Shown here: positions 1 through 10,396 of the stretch, one piece after another
Layout of the letters: every line of letters begins with the position of its first letter
How positions within the stretch are numbered: position 1 is the first letter of the stretch
DNA from: Octopus bimaculoides
Taxonomy: Eukaryota
DNA length: 37,695 nucleotides
Assembly (NCBI RefSeq): GCF_001194135.2
Contig: NC_068990.1
Location: 68,963,725 to 69,001,419, forward strand
Reading direction: 5' to 3'
The notes under the pieces: model-generated
What the model saw: only the letters and a program-made list of their open reading frames with translations
The model's database searches: none
What the model was told of the DNA's origin: nothing
Position numbers and translations under genes: made by a program

Positions 1-358
1 TTCTCTAAAAGAAATGGAAAAACTTTCAAAATACAAAGACCTGGAAATAGAGATAACTCGAATGTGGAATCTAAAAACAGAAACAATTCCTATCATAGTA
101 GGTGCCTTAGGTATAATAAAAAAATATTCAGACAAATACATAACAAAAACACCAGGACTTACAAATATATATAACATACAGAAAATTGCACTACTGGGTA
201 CTGCACACATTCTACGCAAAACACTTTCAATACAGTAAACATAAGAGCACCACAGCAAACCACAGCACATACCCAAGGCGCACAGAGCTGCGCTCGGTAG
301 TGAAGTGAAAGTACGTTATAAAAATAAAACTACTGAATAATAATAATGATAATAATAA
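1..358 (+). mobile_element. 3' end of an R4/Dong-like non-LTR retrotransposon (restriction-like endonuclease C-terminus, 3' UTR and (TAA)n tail)
   Basis: Frame 2..238 is stop-free: SLKEMEKLSKYKDLEIEITRMWNLKTETIPIIVGALG...IQKIALLGTAHILRKTL. It has the KxxKY motif and the PI(I/V)VGALG / Q(K)xxLLGTAHILR signature of RLE-clade LINE C-termini. A ~100-bp UTR follows, ending in gaataataataatgataataataa. The element runs off the window start. Confidence 0.85.
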
Positions 359-740
359 GAACGCCAGCCTTGACAGCCCCTGGACGTGTTCTTTGCTCCT
401 CTGACCAGTCAGTAGCTGAAGACACAGAAACACTAATACAACCCAGCAGAACAACTGAAAAATAACACTCAAAGACTGGAATATCTACAATTTCCTATGA
501 GTATTTTCAATTTCCCTCAAAATAAGTTAAGAAACTTACATATCTACAGTTTTAGAACACACAAACGATCAGCTTTAAAAACTTTAATATCTACAACTTC
601 TGTGAATACTTAACCCTTCCTTTCTCCTTGAGCATTCGAAAATGAAGACATTCTTTTTATTCTTAGAACATTACAGTTTTCTCTGTTCGGACATACAAAA
701 CACCATCTTTAGTAAATTTTAAAACTTTAATATCTACAAT

Positions 741-1208
741 ATGAACTGAACCGTAACGAATGTGCACATCTTCTGATAACTCACAGATGGTAATTCGACG
801 ATTTCCCCTCACAGCTGCACTCACATTTTTCAGGTCTGCTGGTTGCAAGCCTCCCAGAACGTTCGTCAATATCGACATTTTTTCGGCTATCTTGGTAACT
901 TCTTAACCACTCGCACACTTGTGTGCGGCTCGTACACCCCTCTCCAAACAATTTCTGCAAGTTCGCGTAGACCTCTGAGCAGGTAGCGCCATGATAACTT
1001 TGCCTGTCATGGTCAATGCGATGATCACATGCTACACACGTTCCTTCCAGGTACTGCTGTGAGCAGCTGAAGTGGACTGAAACGTTAAAGCTTTGTGCGC
1101 ATTCACAGCATAGTTCAAGGTCAATCTATGCTAAGCAGCTTTACTCTGCGCGCTTTAGCTTCGTTACTATGGCAGCAGTCCCGATACTTATTGATCAGAC
1201 CCCGTATA
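741..1208 (-). mobile_element. Mariner (Tc1/mariner) relic: one terminus plus degenerate N-terminal HTH region of the transposase
   Basis: The minus strand begins TA|TACGGGGTCTGATCAATAAGTATC (mariner-type end with TA target). It then encodes, with a frameshift, GATCSEVYANLQKLFGEGCTSRTQVCEWLRSYQDSRKNVDIDERSGRLATSR / ENVSAAVRGNRRITICELSEDVHIRYGSVH, matching mariner ...W...F..G...D..RSGRP...RRIT..E.A..V.I..GSV. It is truncated near 741 with no DD34D domain or second TIR. Confidence 0.85.
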
Positions 1209-2204
1209 GCCACAACGGAAGTTGCTGGAAAGATAGGTGGGAATGGCTGATGAAAGAAACCCTAAAAAAGGCTTTGGCCACGAACTGGAAGGTCAACCTT
1301 AGGTATGATACAGGAAGACCTCTAGAACTGATCGAGGAACCCCTACCATCCAAGATCTTAGTAGTATTCTGCATCCCACAGATTTTCAATCCTTATCTTC
1401 GAAGGCATTTCACATAAATTTGTAACATGCTTAGATAGAGATACGCAATGCTTCTTCGCTAACCATTCATCACTCAAGTTTGAATCCCGTGACATTTTCC
1501 TAAGAAAAGGGAGCTTCATAACACTTTTACATCCTCTTTATTAGGGTTAATCTTTTTTCGAGATCTCCCTTCTTTAGCCGTCTTTTAACGCTAGAAGTTT
1601 TCATTTATGTGCCATTGTCATCTGCAGAAAAAAAAACAAAAAAAAGATTCTCGCTTTCTTTCTAGAAGCGGTGTACTCAGTAGAATTGTTGTTACTGTTT
1701 TTTTTTATTGTTTACTTTTAGGAAACTATGTTTCAGTTTTATATTTACCTTATCTTCCTTGTGTATGATCTCTCTGTGACAGTCGTGGTTAGATATTTTT
1801 CTTTCTAATGGCGTGGCTCGGAATTTTTGCAGCTGTTTTTGTATACAATATGAAAAAATATAAACAATAAAAAGTTATCTAAAGAAATAACATACTTTAT
1901 TTATTAATTTGTTTGTTTGTTTTCCAACCATGTATGAATAGAAACCAAGCTTTCTGCATGCGAATGAGATTAGTAAAATGTCTACTCAATGCAGTAACTA
2001 TCCTCTGTCGAAAGGAGACTTGACAGCAACGTCTGTCTCAGTCATCAGCGACAGCTATTACAACTACAACTACTAGTAGCTGTTGTTGTAGTTTACAACA
2101 ACTACTACTAGTTGAATTTTGAGGTCAGGACAGTGATACTGAGGGTAGGGACGAATCATTTAACTTGAACTCAGAACTAAACTGGAACATTATCTTATCG
2201 CTTT

Positions 2205-2665
2205 GCAAAGAATAAAAGGCAAAGTTGACTTCAGCGATCTCTGCAATCATCAGGTAAAGGACCAGAAAAAAATCCGTTAAGCATTTTGTCCAACGTGCTA
2301 ACGACTCTGCCAGATGGCCACCTTTAATAATTGTTTTTAATTAGAGCACAGACCAGTAATATTGAGGTGTGAGGGCACGTCGATTCAACCGACCTCATTA
2401 ATTGCCTAATACTTATTCTATCGACTCCGAAAGGATGAATGATGAAGTTAACCTACGTGGGATTTCAACTCCGAACTTAAAGAACCAGAAGCATTTTGTC
2501 CAATACTTTATCGATTTTGTTATCTCGCTACCTTTTGAAATATTTTTTTCTAATTTTGGTACGAGGCAAGCAGTTTTAGTGGGAAGGGCAAGTTGATACT
2601 ATCGACTCCCACACTAGACCGGTACTTTATTTTATCGACCCCGAAAGACTAGAAAGCGAGATTGA
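2205..2665 (-). mobile_element. Cluster of three degraded tRNA-head SINE fragments (same family as 5353-6287)
   Basis: Reverse-complement matches to the family head (gcattttgtccaacgtgctaacgactctgccag) and central domain (tacttattctatcgactccgaaaggatgaa; ggtactttattttatcgacccgaaag). Confidence 0.7.
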
Positions 2666-2814
2666 TAAGAACACTTTATATGGCAACAAGGGCCCACATG
2701 AACAATGGATAAACGATACGTTTTACAGACGAGTGGGGAAATAGGTAATACGAAGCTATAAATTAAAAATTGTTGGGAAAGGGTCGCTGTACAAAAACAT
2801 AGTGGTTCGGGAAA

Positions 2815-2952
2815 AAGAGACCGATAAAACAAGTGCTTGGCTTTAAAAAAATGTAAGTACTGGTGTCGATTCATTCGACTAAAATTATTTGAGACAATGT
2901 CCCAGCATGGCCGTGGTTTAATGACTAAAACAATTAAAAGGTAAAAGATGAG
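2815..2952 (+). mobile_element. SINE 3' portion with a different tail (ccagcatggccg...aatgactaaaacaattaaaaggtaaaagat)
   Basis: Begins with the central-domain-like gaccgataaaacaagt...gtactggtgtcgattcattcgact and ends in a purine-rich aaaag(a/g)t repeat tail. The head is missing. Confidence 0.5.
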
Positions 2953-4566
2953 ATTATTTATAAAAACACAATGATTAAAACAAGTAAAATACAATTTAAA
3001 TACATGAAACGCAATTTGCATAACCCACCCTCACACACGTGAGAACCTCTCAGCTAAGATGAAATAACCTCAAAACATTTACTGCTTGTTTCGTATGTGA
3101 TACTGAATGTGCCAAGGTAGCGTTAGATAAGCAAGGAACATTCGACATCCTCTAGGTCGACATACATAGATAAGTAGTTGTTCACAGATTATTAATTTGG
3201 ACTTTAGTAAATCTGCCAGTCAAATGTGTCACAAAAATTGGAGACCTTCCCTTCCACCGTCTCCTTTGTTCGTCCACTAATTTGATCAGTTTTTCGCTTT
3301 TGTGTCAATAACCGGGTGTTTCATACAATTCCGGAGAGAAGGAGCTCCCTTCTCATACACTTTACATGTTTTCTTGAGGTAAGATCACTTTTCAGGGAAA
3401 AGGTTTTTACTGCTCCTTACCTCCCTTGCCGTCTCCAACAGTTTTTCTTAGTTCGCATCTCTTTTATAATGTCGCAAAGTGATGGTGTGGAGCGGCAGTT
3501 TATGGTAGGTAGAAAGGGTCCCTCTACTTCATTGTTGACTCTCAACTGTAAGAACAGGAGCTATCGTTTTATGTAGCTCCACCTTCTTGCACCCTAGAAG
3601 GCGCAATTGTTCGTGGCCAGCTGCTGCTGTTGTGTTTTCTCTCGTCTCATTGGAAAGTTTGTGTTTATACATATCTTCGTTTAGTTTCATTGTTTTGTGT
3701 TTATATCTGTTTGCTTATATATTTTAATCTGTGTTTTAAAGAATGGAATCCTTTTTGCTTTTACTTAGTTTCCAGCATCTTCTCCTGTTACTCCAAGCGT
3801 GGCCATATTGAACCGCTTGCTAATAAACCAAGTTTAAATTGCTGTTTGGAATATATTGTTATCCAACAAAAGGTTTCAAGGACAAAGCTTTTGTTCTATC
3901 CCAGGGTAATGGGTGGACATTTAAATATTCCGAGGCCCTTTGATAGAAAAAGAAACACAAATACAAACAATTTTTTTTTCATGAGGTGATCCTGGAAGAA
4001 AATATCTTCTAAACAGAAATCTGTGAAAACAATAAAAGCGAAATTTGCAGACAAGTTGTTGAATTGATTCCTCTATTAAATGAATCAGCCGCCATTAAAT
4101 ACTGAACAAAATTAACGAAACTATTAAATTATACAATAACCAGTGAGAAGCAAAATTCAAACAGCTGATAATACAATTAGCCAATTAAATCACAAGTCGA
4201 ACATTAACTAGTGGAATAGGAGAAGGGGGCAGAAACACGAGGAAAGAATGAATTTTTAGAAAGCCTAAAAGAAATAATAACAATGTATAATGTGATTCAA
4301 ACTGTTAGAAATTAATTAATGAAAGAAATAATTCAATGATGAAATAATAGATAGAATTGATTGAAATGACTAAAAGAAAAAAGTGATTAATGGCAACCAA
4401 AGAGAAATACTGGTAACAACAAGTAATTGCCACTAAACTAAGCTGAAGCACTATCGACACATGCCAACGTACTGGGGCTACCCATTTCCTCAAAACAATA
4501 AGAGATTCTTATCTCTAATCTAGAAGACCAATTGTACCTGCGTTTAACTCCGTGTATTACGTAGAA

Positions 4567-4635
4567 AGCGCGAGGAATTGTGGTTAAGCTGTTAGGCTTA
4601 TGATCATATGGTTGTGAGTTCAATTTCTAGAACGT
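4567..4635 (+). mobile_element. Degraded tRNA-derived SINE head (second family)
   Basis: tgtggttaag (A-box-like) ... gtgagttcaatttc (B-box-like) at tRNA-like spacing; similar to 18906-19030 and 26738-26862. Confidence 0.4.
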
Positions 4636-4809
4636 ATAGTGAACGCTCTATTTTATGTTGTTCAAATATTTTTGGTTGAATAGGAATACTAGTCGAGTGC
4701 TGTTGTGACTCCCTTTTTTATTCCCCGTGTGTAACATCTTTGGTGTTCTGCTGGGACAAGGGCAGGACGAAAATGTTGTTTATGTCCACTCGCAACGACA
4801 CTTGCACCT

Positions 4810-5045
4810 TAAACACTGGGGTTCGAATTTGAACTCAGAACGGGCGAAATACCACTAAGCATTTTGCCCTGCGTGCCAAAGATTATGTCAATAATAAATA
4901 TGATAATAATATTTCAAATTCTGGTACCGGGCCAGCAAGTTTGAGTTAGGAGTAATTTAATAACATCGACCCCAGTGATCAACGGGTATCTATTTTATCA
5001 ACCCAAGAAAGATGAAAAGCAGAGTCGACCTCGGAGGAATTTGAA
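4810..5045 (-). mobile_element. Two minus-strand SINE fragments (head fragment and 3' two-thirds)
   Basis: tttgaactcagaacgggcgaaataccactaagcattttgccc, and tttcaaattctggtacc...catcgaccccagtg...tattttatcaaccc...gtcgacctcggaggaatttgaa, are reverse complements of the family consensus. Confidence 0.7.
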
Positions 5046-5352
5046 AATGAAGTTCTAATCAATTATTAGGGGAAATATAACCAACTAGCCACTTCTTCAA
5101 ATTTCCTGGCTTTATGCCAAAAATTGAAGACAGTGAGCTGGCAGAATCTTTGGAGAGTCAGAAAAAGACCTTGCTCTATTTGTTCCAACTCTTTATAGCT
5201 TTACATTTTGAGTTCAGATTCTTTCGGCATCGATAAAATAAAGTAACAGGGAAATACATGGATTTACGGTACCCCTTACCGCAAAATTACTAGCATTGTA
5301 CCTAAATAATAAGCTTATTAGTATTATTGTTGTTGTTGTTGTTGTTGTTGTT

Positions 5353-5558
5353 GAGCTGGCAGAATCATTAGTACGCTGGACGAAATGCCTATCGGTACTT
5401 CATTCATTGCTACGTTCTGAGTTCAATTCCTGCCGAGGTCGACTTTGCCTTTCATCCTTTCGCGGTCAATAAATTAAGTACCAGTGAAACCTTGGGGTCG
5501 ATGTAATCGACTGGTCCCCTCCCCTAAAATTTCAGGCCTTGTGCCTATAGTAGAAAGG

Positions 5559-5608
<50 letters not shown>
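5353..5608 (+). mobile_element. tRNA-head SINE copy 1 with (ATT)n tail
   Basis: gagctggcagaatcattag (A box) ... gagttcaattcc (B box), central gcctttcatcctttcgcggtcaataaattaagtaccag, and tail gcctatagtagaaagg(att)n. Preceded by (GTT)n. Confidence 0.85.
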
Positions 5609-5609
5609 G

Positions 5610-5821
5610 AAGGCGACAAACTGACAGAATCGTTAGCGCACCAGGCGAAATGTATAGCAGTATTTCGTCTGTCGCTACGTTCTGAGTTCAAATTCTGCCG
5701 AGGTCAACATTGCCTTTCATCCCTTTCGGAGTAGATAAACTAAGTACCAGTTGAGCACTGGGGGTCGATGTAATAGACTCGCCCAAAAATTGCTGCCCGT
5801 GTGGCAAAATTTGAAATCATT
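5610..5821 (+). mobile_element. tRNA-head SINE copy 2 (alternative 3' tail ...gtggcaaaatttgaaatcatt)
   Basis: Same head and central domain as copy 1, different 3' end. It starts immediately after the copy 1 (ATT)n tail. Confidence 0.85.
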
Positions 5822-6058
5822 AAAGGCAGTGAGCTAGCAGAATCGGTAGCACGCCTGACAAAATGCTTAGTGGCACTTCGTCCGTCTTCACGTTCTGATT
5901 TCAAATTCCGCCGGGGCTGACTTTGCTTTTTATCCTTTCAGTGCCGATAAACTAAGGACCGGTAAAACCGTGGGGTCGTTATCATCGACTAGTCCCCTCC
6001 CCCAAATTACAGGCTTTGTGCCTTTAGTATAAAGGATTATTATTATTATCATCATTAT
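5822..6058 (+). mobile_element. tRNA-head SINE copy 3 with (ATT)n tail
   Basis: aaaggcagtgagctagcagaatcggtag...ttcaaattccgcc...gtgcctttagtataaagg(att)n. Confidence 0.85.
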
Positions 6059-6060
6059 GT

Positions 6061-6287
6061 AGGCGGTGAGCTGGCAGAATCGTTAGTGCAGTGGGCAAAA
6101 TGCGTAATGATGTTTCGCCCGTCGCTACGTTTTGAGTTCAAATTCTGCCGAGGTCGACTTTGCATTTCATCCTTTCGGAGTCGATAAATTAAGTACCAGT
6201 TGAATACCGGAGTCGATGTAATCGATTATCCCCTCTCCCAAAATTTCAGGCCTTTTACCTATAGTAGAAAGGATTATTATTATTATT
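6061..6287 (+). mobile_element. tRNA-head SINE copy 4 with (ATT)n tail
   Basis: aggcggtgagctggcagaatcgttag...gagttcaaattctgcc...catcctttcggagtcgataaattaagtaccag...cctatagtagaaagg(att)n. Confidence 0.85.
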
Positions 6288-6732
6288 GAGTGAGAGGGCA
6301 ATGTATGCCATCAAAGTGATACAGGGGCAAAATATACAAAACCCAGTATACCCATCATGACTAACCGTCTGATAAGGGTACACCAAGCACATGCATCATA
6401 CGCATATGTGCACGAGAGAGTGATCTCGGATCAAGACAAATACCCATGTTTCCAGAGGTGAATTATCTAAACCCTAAAGAATTCCTCTCAACACATGGCT
6501 ATGATGCTCCCCAACTACTTCTATTCATGATCAGCGATGCACATATCGTCAGTCACTTAAGGGACATGCTCAACTGGTTAAGGTCAAACAACTGACAAGC
6601 AAATCTGTGGTATTAAGCAGAATATTTACTGTAGCCCATCTGTTATACCAAGGCAAAACAATGTACATGATAACACTTCCAATCAGTTAGGATGAGAAAC
6701 CATGAAAGCCACTGCCTGGTACTACATCAGGG

Positions 6733-6736
<4 letters not shown>
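6287..6736 (-). mobile_element. Non-coding interspersed element flanked on both sides by (ATT)n/(TAA)n; probable non-autonomous retroelement
   Basis: A 450-bp complex, ORF-less segment with sharp (ATT)n boundaries at both ends. On the minus strand it runs aatgccctgatgtagtaccaggcagtgg ... ctctcactc(aat)n. I recall this sequence as an interspersed repeat in octopus assemblies; this is not verified, and the strand is inferred from the tail. Confidence 0.55.
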
Positions 6737-6796
<60 letters not shown>

Positions 6797-6797
6797 T

Positions 6798-6851
<54 letters not shown>
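6734..6851. repeat. Compound trinucleotide microsatellite (ATT)n-(AGC)n-(AGT)n
   Basis: Read directly from the sequence. Confidence 0.95.
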
Positions 6852-6852
<1 letters not shown>

Positions 6853-6939
6853 CCTGACTATTTCTTACTATTTACTATTCAGTGACAGATGCGTACATAA
6901 ACGCTCATGTATGCGTACATACTTAAATATAATGTATAC

Positions 6940-7345
6940 TTGCGTGTGTGTTTATATATACGTATGTGTTTGTGTGTGCGTGTGTGTGTGTGTGTGTCTG
7001 TGTGGTTGTGTGTATGTTTGTGTGTGTCTGTGTTTGTGTATGCATATTCACTATGTGTTTCATAAACTTGCTCGTGTGTTCGACGATGGAACATGATTAA
7101 ATGTTTTACACGTAGGATGTATATGCATACATACATACATACATAAATACATACATACATACATACAAAACACCATACATGCACACACGCATAGGGACCA
7201 GTATACATATGTACGTACATTAATAGATACATAAATTCATTCGTACGTTCATATACATAAATACACATACAACCACACATACATACATAGGCACATACAT
7301 ACATACATACATACATACATACATACATACATACATGCATGCATG
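6940..7345. repeat. Degenerate (TG)n and (CATA)n microsatellite region
   Basis: Read directly; explains ORFs 6879..7340 and 6911..7096. Confidence 0.9.
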
Positions 7346-7900
7346 CATATTTGCCTACAACTGTTCTGTCAGTACATAGTAATAAAAGAGAAGTGAAGCG
7401 ATAAGTTCTATGACGTCACTCGGTGACGTTTAAATATCTCTCTCTCGCTGCAGTTATTTTTAGCGGTAATTTCAACAGTAAAAGACGATTCGAGTCCTAA
7501 ATTTAGCTTCAGATCGTCACTAAATATCAGTAGCCACGCAACAGCAACACATATTAGAGAAGTAACAACGTCAACAGTAATAAAATAAATAAATGATAAA
7601 AGGAGAAACAATAATAACATAATGAGAATAGCAACAAACAACAACAACAACAGGAATAACATCGAAAATATCAATGATGAAAGTAATAAAAACACGAAGA
7701 AAGAAAAACAAAATGAAATGCTATTTTGGGAGTCAAAGACAGCAAGAGTCCATGACACTAATTCGACTCTGCCTCGATGTACGGCCTTTGACTAAAGCAA
7801 TATTTATTCATCGACGAAAAATCTGACAAAATTATCAAACACAATATGTGTGTGCGTGTATGGAATATAATATAATATAATATATGTGTGTGTTTGTGCG

Positions 7901-7946
<46 letters not shown>
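7901..7946. repeat. (TAGA)n microsatellite
   Basis: Read directly. Confidence 0.95.
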
Positions 7947-8100
7947 TGAAATATTTAAGCCATAATTGTTAGCTCCACAAAATACATTCTGTCTGGCTAA
8001 GAATTATGGATTAAATGCTTTATTCACTCTGTCTTATCTTTGAGCTCTTTATCCTAAGTGGACAGACATAGCTTCTTTTTGAACCCGTCACACCCTGGAA

Positions 8101-8141
8101 CACACACACAGACACACACACACACACGTATACACACACAA

Positions 8142-8185
<44 letters not shown>

Positions 8186-8215
8186 TTATACATACAAACA
8201 TACATGCATACATGT
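8101..8215. repeat. (CA)n-(TA)n-(CATA)n compound microsatellite
   Basis: Read directly. Confidence 0.9.
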
Positions 8216-8383
8216 CGTGAACAAACTAGAGTAGCACTCAACATATTTGGTAGGAGTTACATATATTTTTCATAGTAGTTTGACTCATGTTTTATGACTA
8301 ACAGCTTCGTGTATATGTAGGACGAGCTCATTTCATCAAATGATAGAAGCAGAGTGAAAGTACTAAGTGAAACTGTTATTAAA

Positions 8384-8393
8384 TGTGTGTGTG

Positions 8394-8464
<71 letters not shown>
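8384..8464. repeat. (TG)n microsatellite
   Basis: Read directly. Confidence 0.95.
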
Positions 8465-8466
<2 letters not shown>

Positions 8467-8824
8467 CCTTTCATGTGAAGTATCAAATTTTCAATTTAAT
8501 ATTAAACTGAAGGATTTCTCAATAATTTTTAGCAGAGTACACATCTATTAATAATAACGCAAGGTTGACAGTGACTTTGAAGTGTCGTTTACTTGTCCTC
8601 AACGGGCAATCTGATGGCTGTTAGTAAACTGAAACTTTAAAGTTATAGTTATCCTTTTCCTGATACGAATTAGTTATGGTGAGGAAACTTATTTTGGTTT
8701 GTTACAGGAATTTTGTTACTATGTAAGGTCCAGTTAAGCATGGGAGTGAAAGTGTAAAAAGATGTGTCAAATTCACGTCAAGACATTCTTTTTATAATGA
8801 ATCGGATGTTGTTTTGTTTTAGGG

Positions 8825-9020
8825 TTCACAAATGCCAGCAATTTTAGGGTAGGGTCATAGTTGACGATATTGTCCCAGTGCTTAATTATATTTATTTTAT
8901 CAATTTCTAAAGGATGGAAAGCGTAGTCGACCTCGGCAGAATTTGAACACATATCGTAAAAAGCCAGAAGAAGAACTATTTAGCACTTTCACCGAGACGC
9001 TACAAAATTTTCTAGTTCGT
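8825..9020 (-). mobile_element. Degraded tRNA-head SINE copy
   Basis: gccagcaattttaggg...cccagtgct...tattttatc...aaaggatggaaagcgtagtcgacctcggcagaatttgaac is the reverse complement of the family. Confidence 0.65.
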
Positions 9021-9344
9021 CAATATATTGTGATAATAATCCTAATGACTTCTTACACGAGCATAATACTGAGAAAATTTTAAAAGGGATAATGAAGAAT
9101 TGTAACGTTCATACTCTTCCCAGTGACATTATCAATGTGTTAGACATGATATGCATCTCGATTTAATTCCGCTACTTTGAACCTAGAGGCCTGTGGCGGA
9201 GTTGCTTCTTTTGCATGAATACTAGCCAGGGCATTCGTCTGAATACAACTTCTCGTCTTCACTCCATTGTTAATAGGGGTCTTGAAAAATGGATATGATC
9301 GCTATAGTTCCTTTCTTTATTTGCTAAAGACATAGAACCTCTGC

Positions 9345-9790
9345 TGAAGGCATTTAATCATTAATGTTCCGTTTGAACTACTCCAGGTCAGCACCTACTG
9401 GAAAGCTATGGACAGGGAAAAGATTTTAGGGGACTGATGTTCTGGGAATGAAGATCTGAACATAGAAGTTAGTGTTGGGGGAAGGGGTGAGTAGGTGGGT
9501 TGGACACAACATGGATGATGAAAGAGATATGTGATCTAAGACTCCTGAGTGGAGGGATATGTTCTGAGGAAGAGAGGTCATTATTGTACCGATAGAAAAT
9601 GCAGAGAGAGCAGACAACATGCTTGTGGGCCAGAGGCGATAAAAACTGGAAGTAATTGAAATCATGCAAATCTAGGAGAACTATCTGTCACTTTGATGCT
9701 CGAAATAGTTATTCTGTCTGCAGAAGCAGTGAATCTTTAGTATAAGGAAGTGGCTTATTTGATTGCAATAACCACAGTACCATTGCAAGT
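9345..9790 (-). mobile_element. Degenerate 3' end of a CR1/L2/Jockey-group LINE ORF2 (post-RT C-terminal region)
   Basis: Stitched minus-strand frames give LSPLAHKHVVCSLCIFYRYNNDLSSSE...NTNFYVQIFIPRTSVP*NLFPVHSFP...FKRNIN, matching the conserved L.PL.HRR.V.SL..FYRY...CSSE...F.PRT..LWN.LP...FP...FK..IN tail of these LINEs. Several stops and frameshifts. Confidence 0.7.
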
Positions 9791-9957
9791 GAGGAATTGG
9801 CAGTGGTGGACTGAACAATATTTGAGCCGAGGAAAGTTAGTGTAACAAGGAATGAGAGAACATATTTCATTTATTTTAGTTCTATTGCTTTTGTATCAAC
9901 TTTACTATCAGATTAATCATAATAATAATCTGAATTTTCAACAGCAAATTCAATCAA

Positions 9958-10019
9958 TGAGTCAAATATCCGGTTTGTACCAACTTCCGATTTGACTTCC
10001 GGTTTCGTCTGCACACGTG
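9958..10019. promoter_or_regulatory. Cluster of candidate TF motifs: AP-1 (TGAGTCA), two ETS cores (ACTTCCG) and an E-box (CACGTG)
   Basis: TGAGTCA 9958-9964, ACTTCCG 9983-9989, GACTTCCGG 9994-10002, CACGTG 10014-10019. Motif match only; no linked gene identified. Confidence 0.2.
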
Positions 10020-10317
10020 CTAAAAGTAGCAGAATATTTATGCAATATCTGAAATAGATATTTTTTCCATATCCTTTCGTCGGATGCTTTTAATTCTTAC
10101 ACAAGCGTATTCAGAGATAATGTATACATCATAATAATGAATAATGAATTACGCACAGGGTCTTCTCTATTAAAGAAAAAATGTAGTACTATAGCTTAAT
10201 TGGATACCAGCATATTACTGGTATTCAGTTTATGGTTACCCTAAAGTATTACAAAAGTTGAGAGCGAAATTATTTGGACGTATAAACGTGAGGTACCGAA
10301 TAACAATGATTTGTTAC

Positions 10318-10396
<79 letters not shown>
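10318..10396. repeat. (AGT)n microsatellite
   Basis: Read directly. Confidence 0.95.

Noticed and set aside
1169-1417. 82-aa plus-strand ORF
   Set aside because: Its start lies inside the antisense mariner terminus and the remainder has no recognisable domain.
1590-1645. Minus-strand poly-T + CTGCAG acceptor followed by AT-GAC-AAT-GGC-ACA-TAA (possible terminal exon ...DNGT*)
   Set aside because: A single splice-like signal with five codons and no upstream exon I could link; easily arises by chance next to an A-run.
3200-3990. Complex unique-looking stretch with ORFs 3316..3576 and 3630..3989 and a possible AG...GT exon at ~3769-3905
   Set aside because: No recognisable protein motif in any frame; may be an old TE ORF1 relic, but I cannot support a call.
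5353-6287. Regularly spaced repeats superficially like a CRISPR or satellite array
   Set aside because: The units are ~230-bp diverged SINEs without unique spacers, in a eukaryotic context.
7411-7429. Full CRE (TGACGTCA) plus an adjacent half site
   Set aside because: One 8-mer in 37 kb is close to chance expectation, and there is no linked gene.
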